From Promethearchaeota archaeon (GTDB lineage: Archaea > Asgardarchaeota > Lokiarchaeia > Sigyniarchaeales > SOKP01), in assembly GCA_048940645.1 (NCBI GenBank), contig JBHLOI010000056.1, forward strand, positions 1,182 through 18,328: a stretch of DNA of 17,147 nt, in the 5' to 3' direction. This document shows positions 1 through 7,180 of this stretch, piece after piece; positions within the stretch are counted from its first letter, which is position 1, and each line of letters opens with the position of its first letter. Under the pieces are notes generated by a model. It saw only the letters and a program-made list of their open reading frames with translations. It made no database searches and was not told the origin of the DNA. A program made the translations under genes and the position numbers.

Positions 1-191
1 GTTATGCTATTATTGTAAATCTACTTATTTTAATAGGCTCAATTATAGTAATTGTATCGTTTATTATGATTGGAGGGTTGCTAGCAAACCCTATCTTGAT
101 TTTGGGGGCACTTATAATGGTCTTATTATTCTCTTTAATGGAAGTGTTTAAATTGGTTGAGAAGGAAACGAACTGTAAAAAATCACGTTAA
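1..191 (+). CDS. 3' end of a membrane protein gene, truncated by the window edge
   Basis: The frame from nt 3 reads YAIIVNLLILIGSIIVIVSFIMIGGLLANPILILGALIMVLLFSLMEVFKLVEKETNCKKSR* (TAA 189-191). It has two hydrophobic TM-like segments and a charged tail. Not in the ORF track. Confidence 0.75.
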   Translation, partial: YAIIVNLLILIGSIIVIVSFIMIGGLLANPILILGALIMVLLFSLMEVFKLVEKETNCKKSR

Positions 192-214
192 TCTTTTCCA
201 TTTTCATAGATTGC

Positions 215-245
215 AGAGGAGGGATGGTCTATTAATCCCTCCTTT
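215..245. terminator. Stem-loop between convergent genes (possible terminator or 3' stabilising hairpin)
   Basis: Perfect 9-bp inverted repeat AGGAGGGAT (217-225) / ATCCCTCCT (235-243) with a 9-nt loop, followed by T-rich sequence, in the gap between stops at 191 and 281. Confidence 0.5.
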
Positions 246-280
246 ACTATTTTATTGAGAAATTTACTTTCTTTAAGAAA

Positions 281-1267
281 TTAGGTAAAATAAGTCTCAA
301 ATCTCGCTTTTCCATAAGAAGAAATCGCATACACCCCCTTATCAAGTTTTATTATATCTCCGTTTTTAAGCAACTCGTGTAAATATACAGATAAACTCGA
401 TTCTGGTGCGATTTCCTTCAAGTCTGACCATTTGCAAAATTCATTTTTATTTAGAATCCATAGGATTGAATATTCTTTATCTCGGCTTTTTTTAATTTCT
501 GGGGGGAGAATAACTTGAGAGGCTCCTTGTAAATTTACGTATCTCTTATATTTTAATTCTCTTTCTTTTTCGATTTTATTAAAATCAATATTTTTTGCTC
601 TTACATTTATTGAATTAATTAATTCTGTAATGACAATTTTTCCTTTAATATGCTCTAAATTAACGTATCCAAGAAGGTTTTTATTGAAATTATTTAGTTT
701 TAGATATTTCAGCGTTTTCATTTTCTTAATAGAATCAGGAAGGATTTCAATTGGATTTCCTTCTAAATACAATTCCGTCAAATCTTTAACCTTTGCAATA
801 CACTCAGGGATGAAAAAAATATTTTGAAAGCTTAATTTAAGCACTTTAAGATATTTTAACAAACATATCTGCTGAGGAAAGAATCCTATTGGATTTGCCT
901 CGTAAGTGTTTATTGCTAAGTTTAGAACATGTCCTTTCTGGTTAATCGCATAAAAACTTGTGCGTAGATGATCATATTCATGAAATTTTTGAAGTTTTGC
1001 TTTGATTATTGGAGCTCCTAAAAGAATCTCTAAAAATCCCAAGATTTTAGCTTCAAAATGAATGACTCCTTGATCAATATATTTACTTGCGTATAACGCA
1101 TCAATTGATAATTTTGTTGCTACTTGAGCAATTTCTTGTCTAAACTCTATATCTTTAGGTTTACTATCAATTATCAAATTTTTTATCAATTTAGCTGCTT
1201 CATCTTTTGGTATCCCTTCTTTGATGATTTTTTGATAAAATTCTTTGGGTTTTAAGATTTTATTCAT
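281..1267 (-). CDS. Leucine-rich-repeat protein with C-terminal winged-helix domain
   Basis: About three LRR units of the LxxLxLxxNxLxxLPxxI type (LKYLKVLKLSFQNIFFIPECI, VKDLTELYLEGNPIEILPDSI, MKTLKYLKLNN). The C-terminal ~65 aa follow a wHTH pattern (ILWILNKNEFCKWSDL..PESSLSVYLHELLKNGDIIK..GVYAISSYG). SD-like GGGGAAG precedes the ATG. Confidence 0.85.
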   Translation of the reverse strand: MNKILKPKEFYQKIIKEGIPKDEAAKLIKNLIIDSKPKDIEFRQEIAQVATKLSIDALYASKYIDQGVIHFEAKILGFLEILLGAPIIKAKLQKFHEYDHLRTSFYAINQKGHVLNLAINTYEANPIGFFPQQICLLKYLKVLKLSFQNIFFIPECIAKVKDLTELYLEGNPIEILPDSIKKMKTLKYLKLNNFNKNLLGYVNLEHIKGKIVITELINSINVRAKNIDFNKIEKERELKYKRYVNLQGASQVILPPEIKKSRDKEYSILWILNKNEFCKWSDLKEIAPESSLSVYLHELLKNGDIIKLDKGVYAISSYGKARFETYFT

Positions 1268-1449
1268 TCTTCCCCCTTTTTCTTATCTTTTTTGCTAGCA
1301 ATTATAAGCTAACGTTCCTATTTAAATCTTTATAGTGTTGGGATTTACGAATTTCCTCATAACTCAAGGAATATAGTTTAAGTTCGCTCCATTTGTAATG
1401 TAAATAATTTAAATGCTTTTAAATTAAATAAAAGTAAAAAAAAGGAATT

Positions 1450-1911
1450 TTAAGTTATAGTTATGCTTAGACCAATCGAATTGAGGATCAACACGATAAA
1501 TATAATGGCTGCTGCTATGAGAATACAAACTCTACGTGTTCTTTCTTCGAGACTATTATTAATTCCAAACCCGACAAATCCTATGGTAATAAATATAAGC
1601 CCTAAATTAATAAGTAATGGTGCAAAAAGGTCAACATAAAAATCTTGGATTTCCATCCAATCTCTCATGTCATCAATTTCTTCATATCTCTGATCTCTTT
1701 CTTCTACAGTAATTTCTCCGTTATCGTATGCTTCTGTAACCAGGTTTCTTTCGTAGGCTCGCCATTCATCAGCATTATCGTTTAATGCGGTACTGATTAA
1801 TAATACTGAACCAAAAACTATAGCCATGATAACTCCAACCATTATGAATAGACCTGCTTTATGAGTATTAGTACCAACATCACTAACTTTCATTTTCAAT
1901 TTCCTAACCAT
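1450..1911 (-). CDS. Small hypothetical membrane protein (3 predicted TM helices)
   Basis: 153 aa with three hydrophobic stretches. An acidic helical loop lies between TM1 and TM2 and contains AYDNGEITVEERDQR. Confidence 0.85.
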   Translation of the reverse strand: MVRKLKMKVSDVGTNTHKAGLFIMVGVIMAIVFGSVLLISTALNDNADEWRAYERNLVTEAYDNGEITVEERDQRYEEIDDMRDWMEIQDFYVDLFAPLLINLGLIFITIGFVGFGINNSLEERTRRVCILIAAAIIFIVLILNSIGLSITIT

Positions 1912-1944
1912 TTATCATCACTTTCGACATACATTTTTGTAGTA

Positions 1945-1953
1945 ATATATAAG
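1945..1953 (-). promoter_or_regulatory. Putative archaeal TATA box for the 153-aa gene
   Basis: TTATATA on the minus strand about 35 nt upstream of the ATG at 1911. The AT-rich background makes this weak evidence. Confidence 0.35.
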
Positions 1954-2050
1954 ATGAGTTTATCTTTTATAAATCAAATGCGATTTATTTTTTAATATTT
2001 CTTAATAACTTATAGAAGAGCGTCCCCTAATCTATATCATTTATAGATTT

Positions 2051-2064
2051 AAGATTATATATTT
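2051..2064 (+). promoter_or_regulatory. Putative BRE/TATA box for the candidate ncRNA
   Basis: AAGA-TTATATAT about 30 nt upstream of the abrupt AT-to-GC transition at 2091. Confidence 0.4.
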
Positions 2065-2090
2065 AATTATTAAATAATCGTATTCTACTT

Positions 2091-2300
2091 GCCGGACGAA
2101 GGCGCCATGTGGCCAATCTATTTCGCGCTGAAGGAGTTAACAACTACCGAAGAGGCAAAGATCCGAGCGCTTGTAAAGAAAGCGGTGAGCTGAAGACTGA
2201 GCTCACCACTGGATGGGTCGGGGGATTACTCCAATTCCCCCGAAACAGCTATTTCCGCTCGATTTCTTGGGAATCAAGTGAGATAATAACTGCGCATCTC
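2091..2300 (+). ncRNA. Unidentified structured non-coding RNA candidate (~210 nt)
   Basis: 108/210 G+C (~51%, hand count) against strongly AT-rich flanks. Helices: GGTGAGCT 2184-2191 / AGCTCACC 2200-2207; TCGGGGGATT 2218-2227 / AATTCCCCCGA 2233-2243; CGCTT 2168-2172 / AAGCG 2180-2184; ATCCG 2161-2165 / TGGAT 2210-2214; long-range GCGC..AGTTA 2125-2139 / TAACTGCGC 2287-2295. TATA-like box upstream and T-rich run downstream. Strand is tentative. Confidence 0.65.
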
Positions 2301-2308
2301 TATTTTCT

Positions 2309-2611
2309 TCAAGAAAGTTTATAGGTTTTAAATCTTATTTTTCCATACGAAGAAATCGTATACAGCCCTTTATCAAGTTTTATTATGTCTCTACCTTTAA
2401 GTAAATCATTTAAGTATACTGACAAACTCGATTCAGGTACAAATTCCTTAAAATCTGACCATTTACAAAATTCATTTTTACTTAGAATCCAGAGAATTAA
2501 ATATTCTTTATCCCGGCTTTTTCTAATATAATCTGGGGGTAGAATAATTTGAGTAGTTTCTTGTAAATCTAAGTATTTTTTATACTGTAATTCTTTTTCT
2601 TTTTTGATTCT
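2309..2611 (-). pseudogene. Start-less paralogous fragment of the winged-helix C-terminus of the 281-1267 LRR gene
   Basis: Stop-free frame RIKKEKELQYKKYLDLQETTQIILPPDYIRKSRDKEYLILWILSKNEFCKWSDFKEFVPESSLSVYLNDLLKGRDIIKLDKGLYTISSYGKIRFKTYKLS* aligns colinearly with the last ~100 aa of the LRR protein (nt ~281-580). There is an in-frame TAA at 2612-2614 and no start codon near the 5' end. Confidence 0.8.
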
Positions 2612-2743
2612 TTAATTTAAATACAATTTGAAGAAGATACATTGTAGTTCTAATGAAGTTCATACTTTTCATGTAGTTTTTAGACTTAAACTATAAATCG
2701 AATTAGATTTTTAATTATCTATAAAAGAACTAGTGAAAATTGA

Positions 2744-4012
2744 ATGGATCAAGAACCTACAAAAAAAACATTTAAGCAATACTTATTTTTTCTCTTTGGG
2801 CAACAATTTTCTTTATTAGGGTCTATAGTAGTCTATTTTGTGATAACTTGGTGGGTAACTGCTGAAACAGGGAGTGCTGTGTATTTAGCGATAATGTCCT
2901 TCTTATTTTTTATTCCGCAAATATTAGTGACTCCCATTGCAGGAGTGTTATCTGATAAATTAGATCGGAAAAAGATTTTAATTTTAATAGATGGTTTCCA
3001 ATCATTAGTGACGTTCTTTCTATTCTTGATATTTTTTCTGAAAATTTTGAACGTGTGGTTAATAATCACAATAAGTACTTTACGTAGTATTCTTCAAGCG
3101 ATACATTTACCCACGGTGAATGCGATTGTTCCTACAATGGTTCCAAAAGATAAATTAACTCGAATTAATGGAATAAATTATCTTATGATGATAATTGGTC
3201 CAATTCTAGCTGGTTTACTTCTAGAAATCATCCCAGTTGCTAATTTAATATTGCTTGACATTTTTACATTCCTCATCGCTCTTATTCCACTCCTTCTCGT
3301 AAAAATTCCTTCTGTGTCTGATAATTCTATTAAAAGAGTGAAAAAAACCTTCATTAAAGATTTTAAAGAAGGTTTTAAGATAGTGAGTGCAATTCCTGGA
3401 CTTCTAAGTTTAATGCTTTATGCGATGTTAGCAAATTTTTTTACACGACCTTTTATGGTATTAATACCTTATTTTGTTAAATTTGTACATTTTGGAGTGC
3501 CTCTTAGTTATGCTCTAGTTATGACTTTTTCACAGATAGGTAGTATATCAGGTGCATTGATTTCATCATTAAAGAAAAATTGGAAGCATAAAGTCACAAT
3601 GATGATGGTATTAACAATCATTTTCTTTATAGCATACGGATCAGTTATATTGGCTCCCACAGGCAATTTCATTTTCATTGGAATATGCGTTTTAGTGGCT
3701 TTTTCTACTTTTCCGATCAATTGGGCAATCTATATGACGATTTTACAGACAGGAGTCCCAAAAGATAAAGTAGGTAGAGTTATCTCTATTGATCATATGA
3801 TTTCAATGGCAATTACGCCAATCGGAGCAATAGTTTCAGGGCCTTTAGCAGAATTAATGGGTATCAATAATTTATATCTGGTAAGTGCTCTTCTTGGAAT
3901 AACTTTTACAATAATAATCTGGTTCTTTACAAAAATTAGATCTCTTGATCAGAAAGAAGTACTAATTATTGAAGAAATTCATAAAACAAAAGAAGAATTA
4001 ATAATTGAATAA
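2744..4012 (+). CDS. MFS transporter, DHA3 / macrolide-efflux (MefA-like) type
   Basis: 422 aa with about 12 hydrophobic segments, MFS motif A (GVLSDKLDRKK), N-terminal GQQFSLLGS and the loop motifs VPKDKLTRING / VPKDKVGRV. Substrate cannot be determined. Confidence 0.9.
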   Translation: MDQEPTKKTFKQYLFFLFGQQFSLLGSIVVYFVITWWVTAETGSAVYLAIMSFLFFIPQILVTPIAGVLSDKLDRKKILILIDGFQSLVTFFLFLIFFLKILNVWLIITISTLRSILQAIHLPTVNAIVPTMVPKDKLTRINGINYLMMIIGPILAGLLLEIIPVANLILLDIFTFLIALIPLLLVKIPSVSDNSIKRVKKTFIKDFKEGFKIVSAIPGLLSLMLYAMLANFFTRPFMVLIPYFVKFVHFGVPLSYALVMTFSQIGSISGALISSLKKNWKHKVTMMMVLTIIFFIAYGSVILAPTGNFIFIGICVLVAFSTFPINWAIYMTILQTGVPKDKVGRVISIDHMISMAITPIGAIVSGPLAELMGINNLYLVSALLGITFTIIIWFFTKIRSLDQKEVLIIEEIHKTKEELIIE

Positions 4013-4024
4013 ATTTTTTTTCTT
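4013..4024 (+). terminator. Oligo-T tract (archaeal-type terminator) in the 12-bp gap between convergent genes
   Basis: ATTTTTTTTCTT immediately follows the MFS stop codon. Confidence 0.4.
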
Positions 4025-6028
4025 TTATAGATTTAGCTGTTTCTTCCAAAACTTAATTTTCTTATGTGTATCTTCCCTTTCTGCTCTAGAAAGCAATTCA
4101 GGGATTGTTTTAAGAGCAGCAATAGTAATACTCATTTGACTTAGAACTCTGGAATATCCCCTTTCTTCAACTATTTTGTTCCGTAATATTTCAATATCAG
4201 AAGAAAGTTCACTACCTAATTTTGAATCTAAATTATTTAATATTTTAGTAAATATTTCTGATACTGATTTTCCTCCTAAATCTACGGTTACAGGTTTCGG
4301 AATTTCAATGCTAGGATGCGTTTTGCTCTGAGGTTCAACTAAAGGTTTTTGTTTCACTTTGGGCTTTTGTTGTAAAGTTTCTAATGGCTTTACTTTTTTC
4401 TCTACAGGTTGTTTTTTAATAACAGGCTCAGGTTTAAATGAACTTGTTGATTTAGGTATATTAATTTCTTTTGGTATATCAATATTAGTCTGTGGCATAA
4501 CGGGTTCATATTTCTTTTGAGGTGGCGCTTGAAAATCAGCACCTAGAGAATATCTTATTTCCTCATCACCTATTTTTTTAGCTTGCATCCATACTTCTTC
4601 AAGAACACCTGCAAATAATTTTACATGTTCCTCCAGGATCGATCCCATACCAGCGATTTCTAACTCTCCTTCCCCCATTTTGGATACAGCACATACCACA
4701 ACTTCTTCATAATCCCTATTAATACCCCATAAATCTTCTCTTGGATAATGACGAATACCTATGTTAGGATACTTTATAATTTCTGCAAGTTTAGCTTTAT
4801 CATCCGGATCGCTCAAATTAAAATTAGTTGAAATTCTTATATTGGTATGTTTCTTTACTTTAGAAAGAGCAACTAAATCAACGTCAGCTAATCTAGGTGC
4901 TATTATGTGAATTCTCATCTTCAATCGAGTTATTGATTCATTGATCTGAGCTTTTATTCCTTCAACACTCCTAACAAACCAGACATCTTTAAATGTTAGC
5001 ATTGAAGCCTTTTTACTTCTTTCCCAAAACTCAGTCATAGTATTTTCGGATAGATCTAATTGCTTAATAATGCTCATCATGATATCTTCTTCTAGAGTTT
5101 GATAAATTTGGCTTTGAAAAGTTTGTTTTAATTCTTCAATGCCTTTATCAACATCCTCATAAACTGTAGATATTCTCTGATCTAAATCTTCTAAAGTTTC
5201 ACTTAAACCAGATTCTATATCCGTGAAAGTATCGCCTAAATCAGTAGACATTTCCCCTGCCGCATCTGATATCGTTGCAAGTTGATTAGTTACTTGGTCT
5301 AGAGTATTTTGAATAGTTGTTACAAATTTTTCTTTAAAATAATCGGTTAAATCAACAAATTGTTCAGAAATAATCTTTGAAACTATTTTTTCTGCCATGC
5401 TTTTAAGTGCGCCAATCCTAAATTGTTTTTCAAACGCATCTGAGATCTCTGATTTCATCTTTTCTAAGCGTTCTTCTACAATTCCAAATTCTTTAACAAT
5501 TTCATCAGGTACGATTTCTCTTAAATTCAATATAAAACTTCGAATTTCTTGAAATCTTCTCACACTCTCTAGCTCTTTTTCTACTCTACTAAATTGAGAC
5601 TTCAATTGAGCTGGTAGATTTGTTTTCATCATATGGATATAATTACGATATTCATTAAGCTTTCCTATTTTAGCTGATTGCTCTTCAATTTCTTTAAATT
5701 TTAATTCTAAAGCTTTTGGAGTTGATTCGCGAATAGTTTTTACAACATTTTTAAATTGTCCTATTTGGTTTAATAAAGCAGTATAGGGAGGTAATGCGAC
5801 ATAAAATGGTGTTTTTCCGGGAACCTCTCTTACTAATCCTTTATTAAGTAAATTTTTTGCAATCTGAGCTGCTATATCCTCAGGAACATTTATTAAAAGA
5901 GCAATTTCTCCAACTAAAACTGGACCTCTTCCAGTCAAATGGAAATATGTATCAACCTCATCTTGATTTAATCCAATAAGTTCTAAAACTTGTTTAGTTG
6001 ATTTAAATTCATCCTGCTCAAGAGCCAT
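4025..6028 (-). CDS. TrmB-family-like protein: N-terminal wHTH, long coiled coil, PLD-fold-like effector domain, Pro/Lys-rich linker, C-terminal helical domain
   Basis: The N-terminus LELIGLNQDEVDTYFHLTGRGPVLVGEIA...LLNKGLVREVPGKTPFYVALPP matches the TrmB HTH pattern. Residues ~85-340 are amphipathic helical. Residues ~345-485 resemble the TrmB effector domain (ending FAGVLEEVWMQAK) and lack an HKD motif. Confidence 0.75.
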   Translation of the reverse strand: MALEQDEFKSTKQVLELIGLNQDEVDTYFHLTGRGPVLVGEIALLINVPEDIAAQIAKNLLNKGLVREVPGKTPFYVALPPYTALLNQIGQFKNVVKTIRESTPKALELKFKEIEEQSAKIGKLNEYRNYIHMMKTNLPAQLKSQFSRVEKELESVRRFQEIRSFILNLREIVPDEIVKEFGIVEERLEKMKSEISDAFEKQFRIGALKSMAEKIVSKIISEQFVDLTDYFKEKFVTTIQNTLDQVTNQLATISDAAGEMSTDLGDTFTDIESGLSETLEDLDQRISTVYEDVDKGIEELKQTFQSQIYQTLEEDIMMSIIKQLDLSENTMTEFWERSKKASMLTFKDVWFVRSVEGIKAQINESITRLKMRIHIIAPRLADVDLVALSKVKKHTNIRISTNFNLSDPDDKAKLAEIIKYPNIGIRHYPREDLWGINRDYEEVVVCAVSKMGEGELEIAGMGSILEEHVKLFAGVLEEVWMQAKKIGDEEIRYSLGADFQAPPQKKYEPVMPQTNIDIPKEINIPKSTSSFKPEPVIKKQPVEKKVKPLETLQQKPKVKQKPLVEPQSKTHPSIEIPKPVTVDLGGKSVSEIFTKILNNLDSKLGSELSSDIEILRNKIVEERGYSRVLSQMSITIAALKTIPELLSRAEREDTHKKIKFWKKQLNL

Positions 6029-6052
6029 ATTTTATAACAATACCTTTTATAA

Positions 6053-7180
6053 TTATTTTTTATAAACTAATTCAAGAAGTTCTAAATGTTTAACAGCAGT
6101 TTCTTTTTTTAATTTTGCATCTGCTACTGCTTTCCTGATATTTTCAATTAAATATTCTGGATAGAACGTTTGAGCTATTAGATCAGTTAATAAAAAAATC
6201 CATGCCATATCATCTTCATCCTTCATAACTGCTATTACGTTATCACTTTCTAAAGTAATTAATAACTTTTTTATTTGTTCAAAACTTTCTCCCGGACCTT
6301 TTGGAAGCTTATTAATAGGGTATGGTTTCTCTCTAAGAAGAATAACATAATCAAATATATCAGGATTTATCATATGAGCAGCAATTTTTAAGTTGTCCTC
6401 AAATGAAGGTTTATATTCTGAGAAAAAATTTGTAACTAATTCAAGATATTTACTAGCTAAATATGGATTTGGTACCCCTTTTCGAGCGTCTTCTATTAAT
6501 TTATTTACTGGAGCTCTCATTATATTAAAATCTGAAAGCAGAAATAGGCTTATATCTGGATCACCTTCAATCCAATCCTGCTTAACTAGATCAGTTTTTA
6601 CAAAAGGATCAAGCGAAGTATCTAGATTTGCAATAAATCTACCTGTTTTTTCTTCAAGTAAATTTTGTAATTCTTTTTTAGTTAATGCCCTCTCTTGTAA
6701 AATCTCTATTATTGTTCTACCTCTTTCGCTAGTGTAAATTTGAGCCATTATTTGCTCCTTTGTTAAGTTTTTCAAACGCTCCAAGAAAAGTAAAGAATCT
6801 TTGATGTAATTAGTTAATTCTTTTGTTATTTCATAAGAATCATTTGGATATTGATTTAAGCGTTTTAAATAGAGCAAAATGTTTCGATTTATTTGAGAAA
6901 TTACCATTTCACCAAAAATCTCAGGATCTTCTCCTAATTCTAACATCAAATTAATCATATATGGTGTTTCAGACTCCATGCCTGTAAAATAGCTTGAAAC
7001 ATTTGAGCGTGCTTTTTCCAGCCTAACTAATACTTGACCTGCTTCTCCTGCACCTGTGATATGAGCATAAAATATCCTCATCATATCATCTAAATTGATG
7101 GTTATATTTTCTGGATAACTAAATTTAACAATTAAACCTTGATCTTCCGACCATTCTGTTATTATCAATCCTTGAACCAT
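6053..7180 (-). CDS. Cytoplasmic protein with uDENN/longin-like N-terminus and tandem winged helices (paralog A)
   Basis: 375 aa, no TM. The N-terminus GLIITEWSEDQGLIVKFSYPE resembles the beta1-beta2 hairpin of uDENN/longin proteins. Two wHTH-like repeats each end FLL[ST]D. Colinear paralog of 11332-12462. The ATG directly abuts the upstream TAA. Confidence 0.7.
   Translation of the reverse strand: MVQGLIITEWSEDQGLIVKFSYPENITINLDDMMRIFYAHITGAGEAGQVLVRLEKARSNVSSYFTGMESETPYMINLMLELGEDPEIFGEMVISQINRNILLYLKRLNQYPNDSYEITKELTNYIKDSLLFLERLKNLTKEQIMAQIYTSERGRTIIEILQERALTKKELQNLLEEKTGRFIANLDTSLDPFVKTDLVKQDWIEGDPDISLFLLSDFNIMRAPVNKLIEDARKGVPNPYLASKYLELVTNFFSEYKPSFEDNLKIAAHMINPDIFDYVILLREKPYPINKLPKGPGESFEQIKKLLITLESDNVIAVMKDEDDMAWIFLLTDLIAQTFYPEYLIENIRKAVADAKLKKETAVKHLELLELVYKK

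Noticed and set aside
215-245. SECIS element
   Set aside because: No AUGA/GA quartet or GAA/A internal loop flanks the stem, and no in-frame TGA read-through candidate is visible in adjacent genes.
630-827. 65-aa + strand ORF
   Set aside because: Antisense shadow within the LRR gene.
2091-2300. SRP RNA, RNase P RNA, hammerhead ribozyme, group II intron DV/DVI, FMN or c-di-AMP riboswitch
   Set aside because: Only fragmentary resemblances: an Alu-like 5' GCCGG..UGU, CUGAAGA and GAAAC without correct hammerhead topology, CUGGAUGGG and CAGCUA. There is no SRP54-binding helix 8, no GAGGAAAGUCC-type P4 and no 34-nt DV. A covariance-model search is still needed for a firm exclusion.
2109-2324. 71-aa ORF on the + strand
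   Set aside because: GTG start, atypical composition and no recognisable motif. It is better explained as a chance ORF in a GC-rich structured element.
2309-2611. Diversity-generating retroelement TR/VR pair (2309-2611 vs 281-580)
   Set aside because: Mismatches involve all four bases and are concentrated at third codon positions rather than template adenines. There is an indel, and no reverse transcriptase is in the window.
2833-3720. 78-aa and 70-aa minus-strand ORFs
   Set aside because: Antisense shadows of the hydrophobic MFS gene.
4570-4990. Active phospholipase D / nuclease domain in the 667-aa protein
   Set aside because: No HxKxxxxD motif is visible, consistent with a non-catalytic TrmB-type effector domain.
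6393-6737. 114-aa + strand ORF
   Set aside because: Antisense to paralog A, with no equivalent ORF reported in paralog B.
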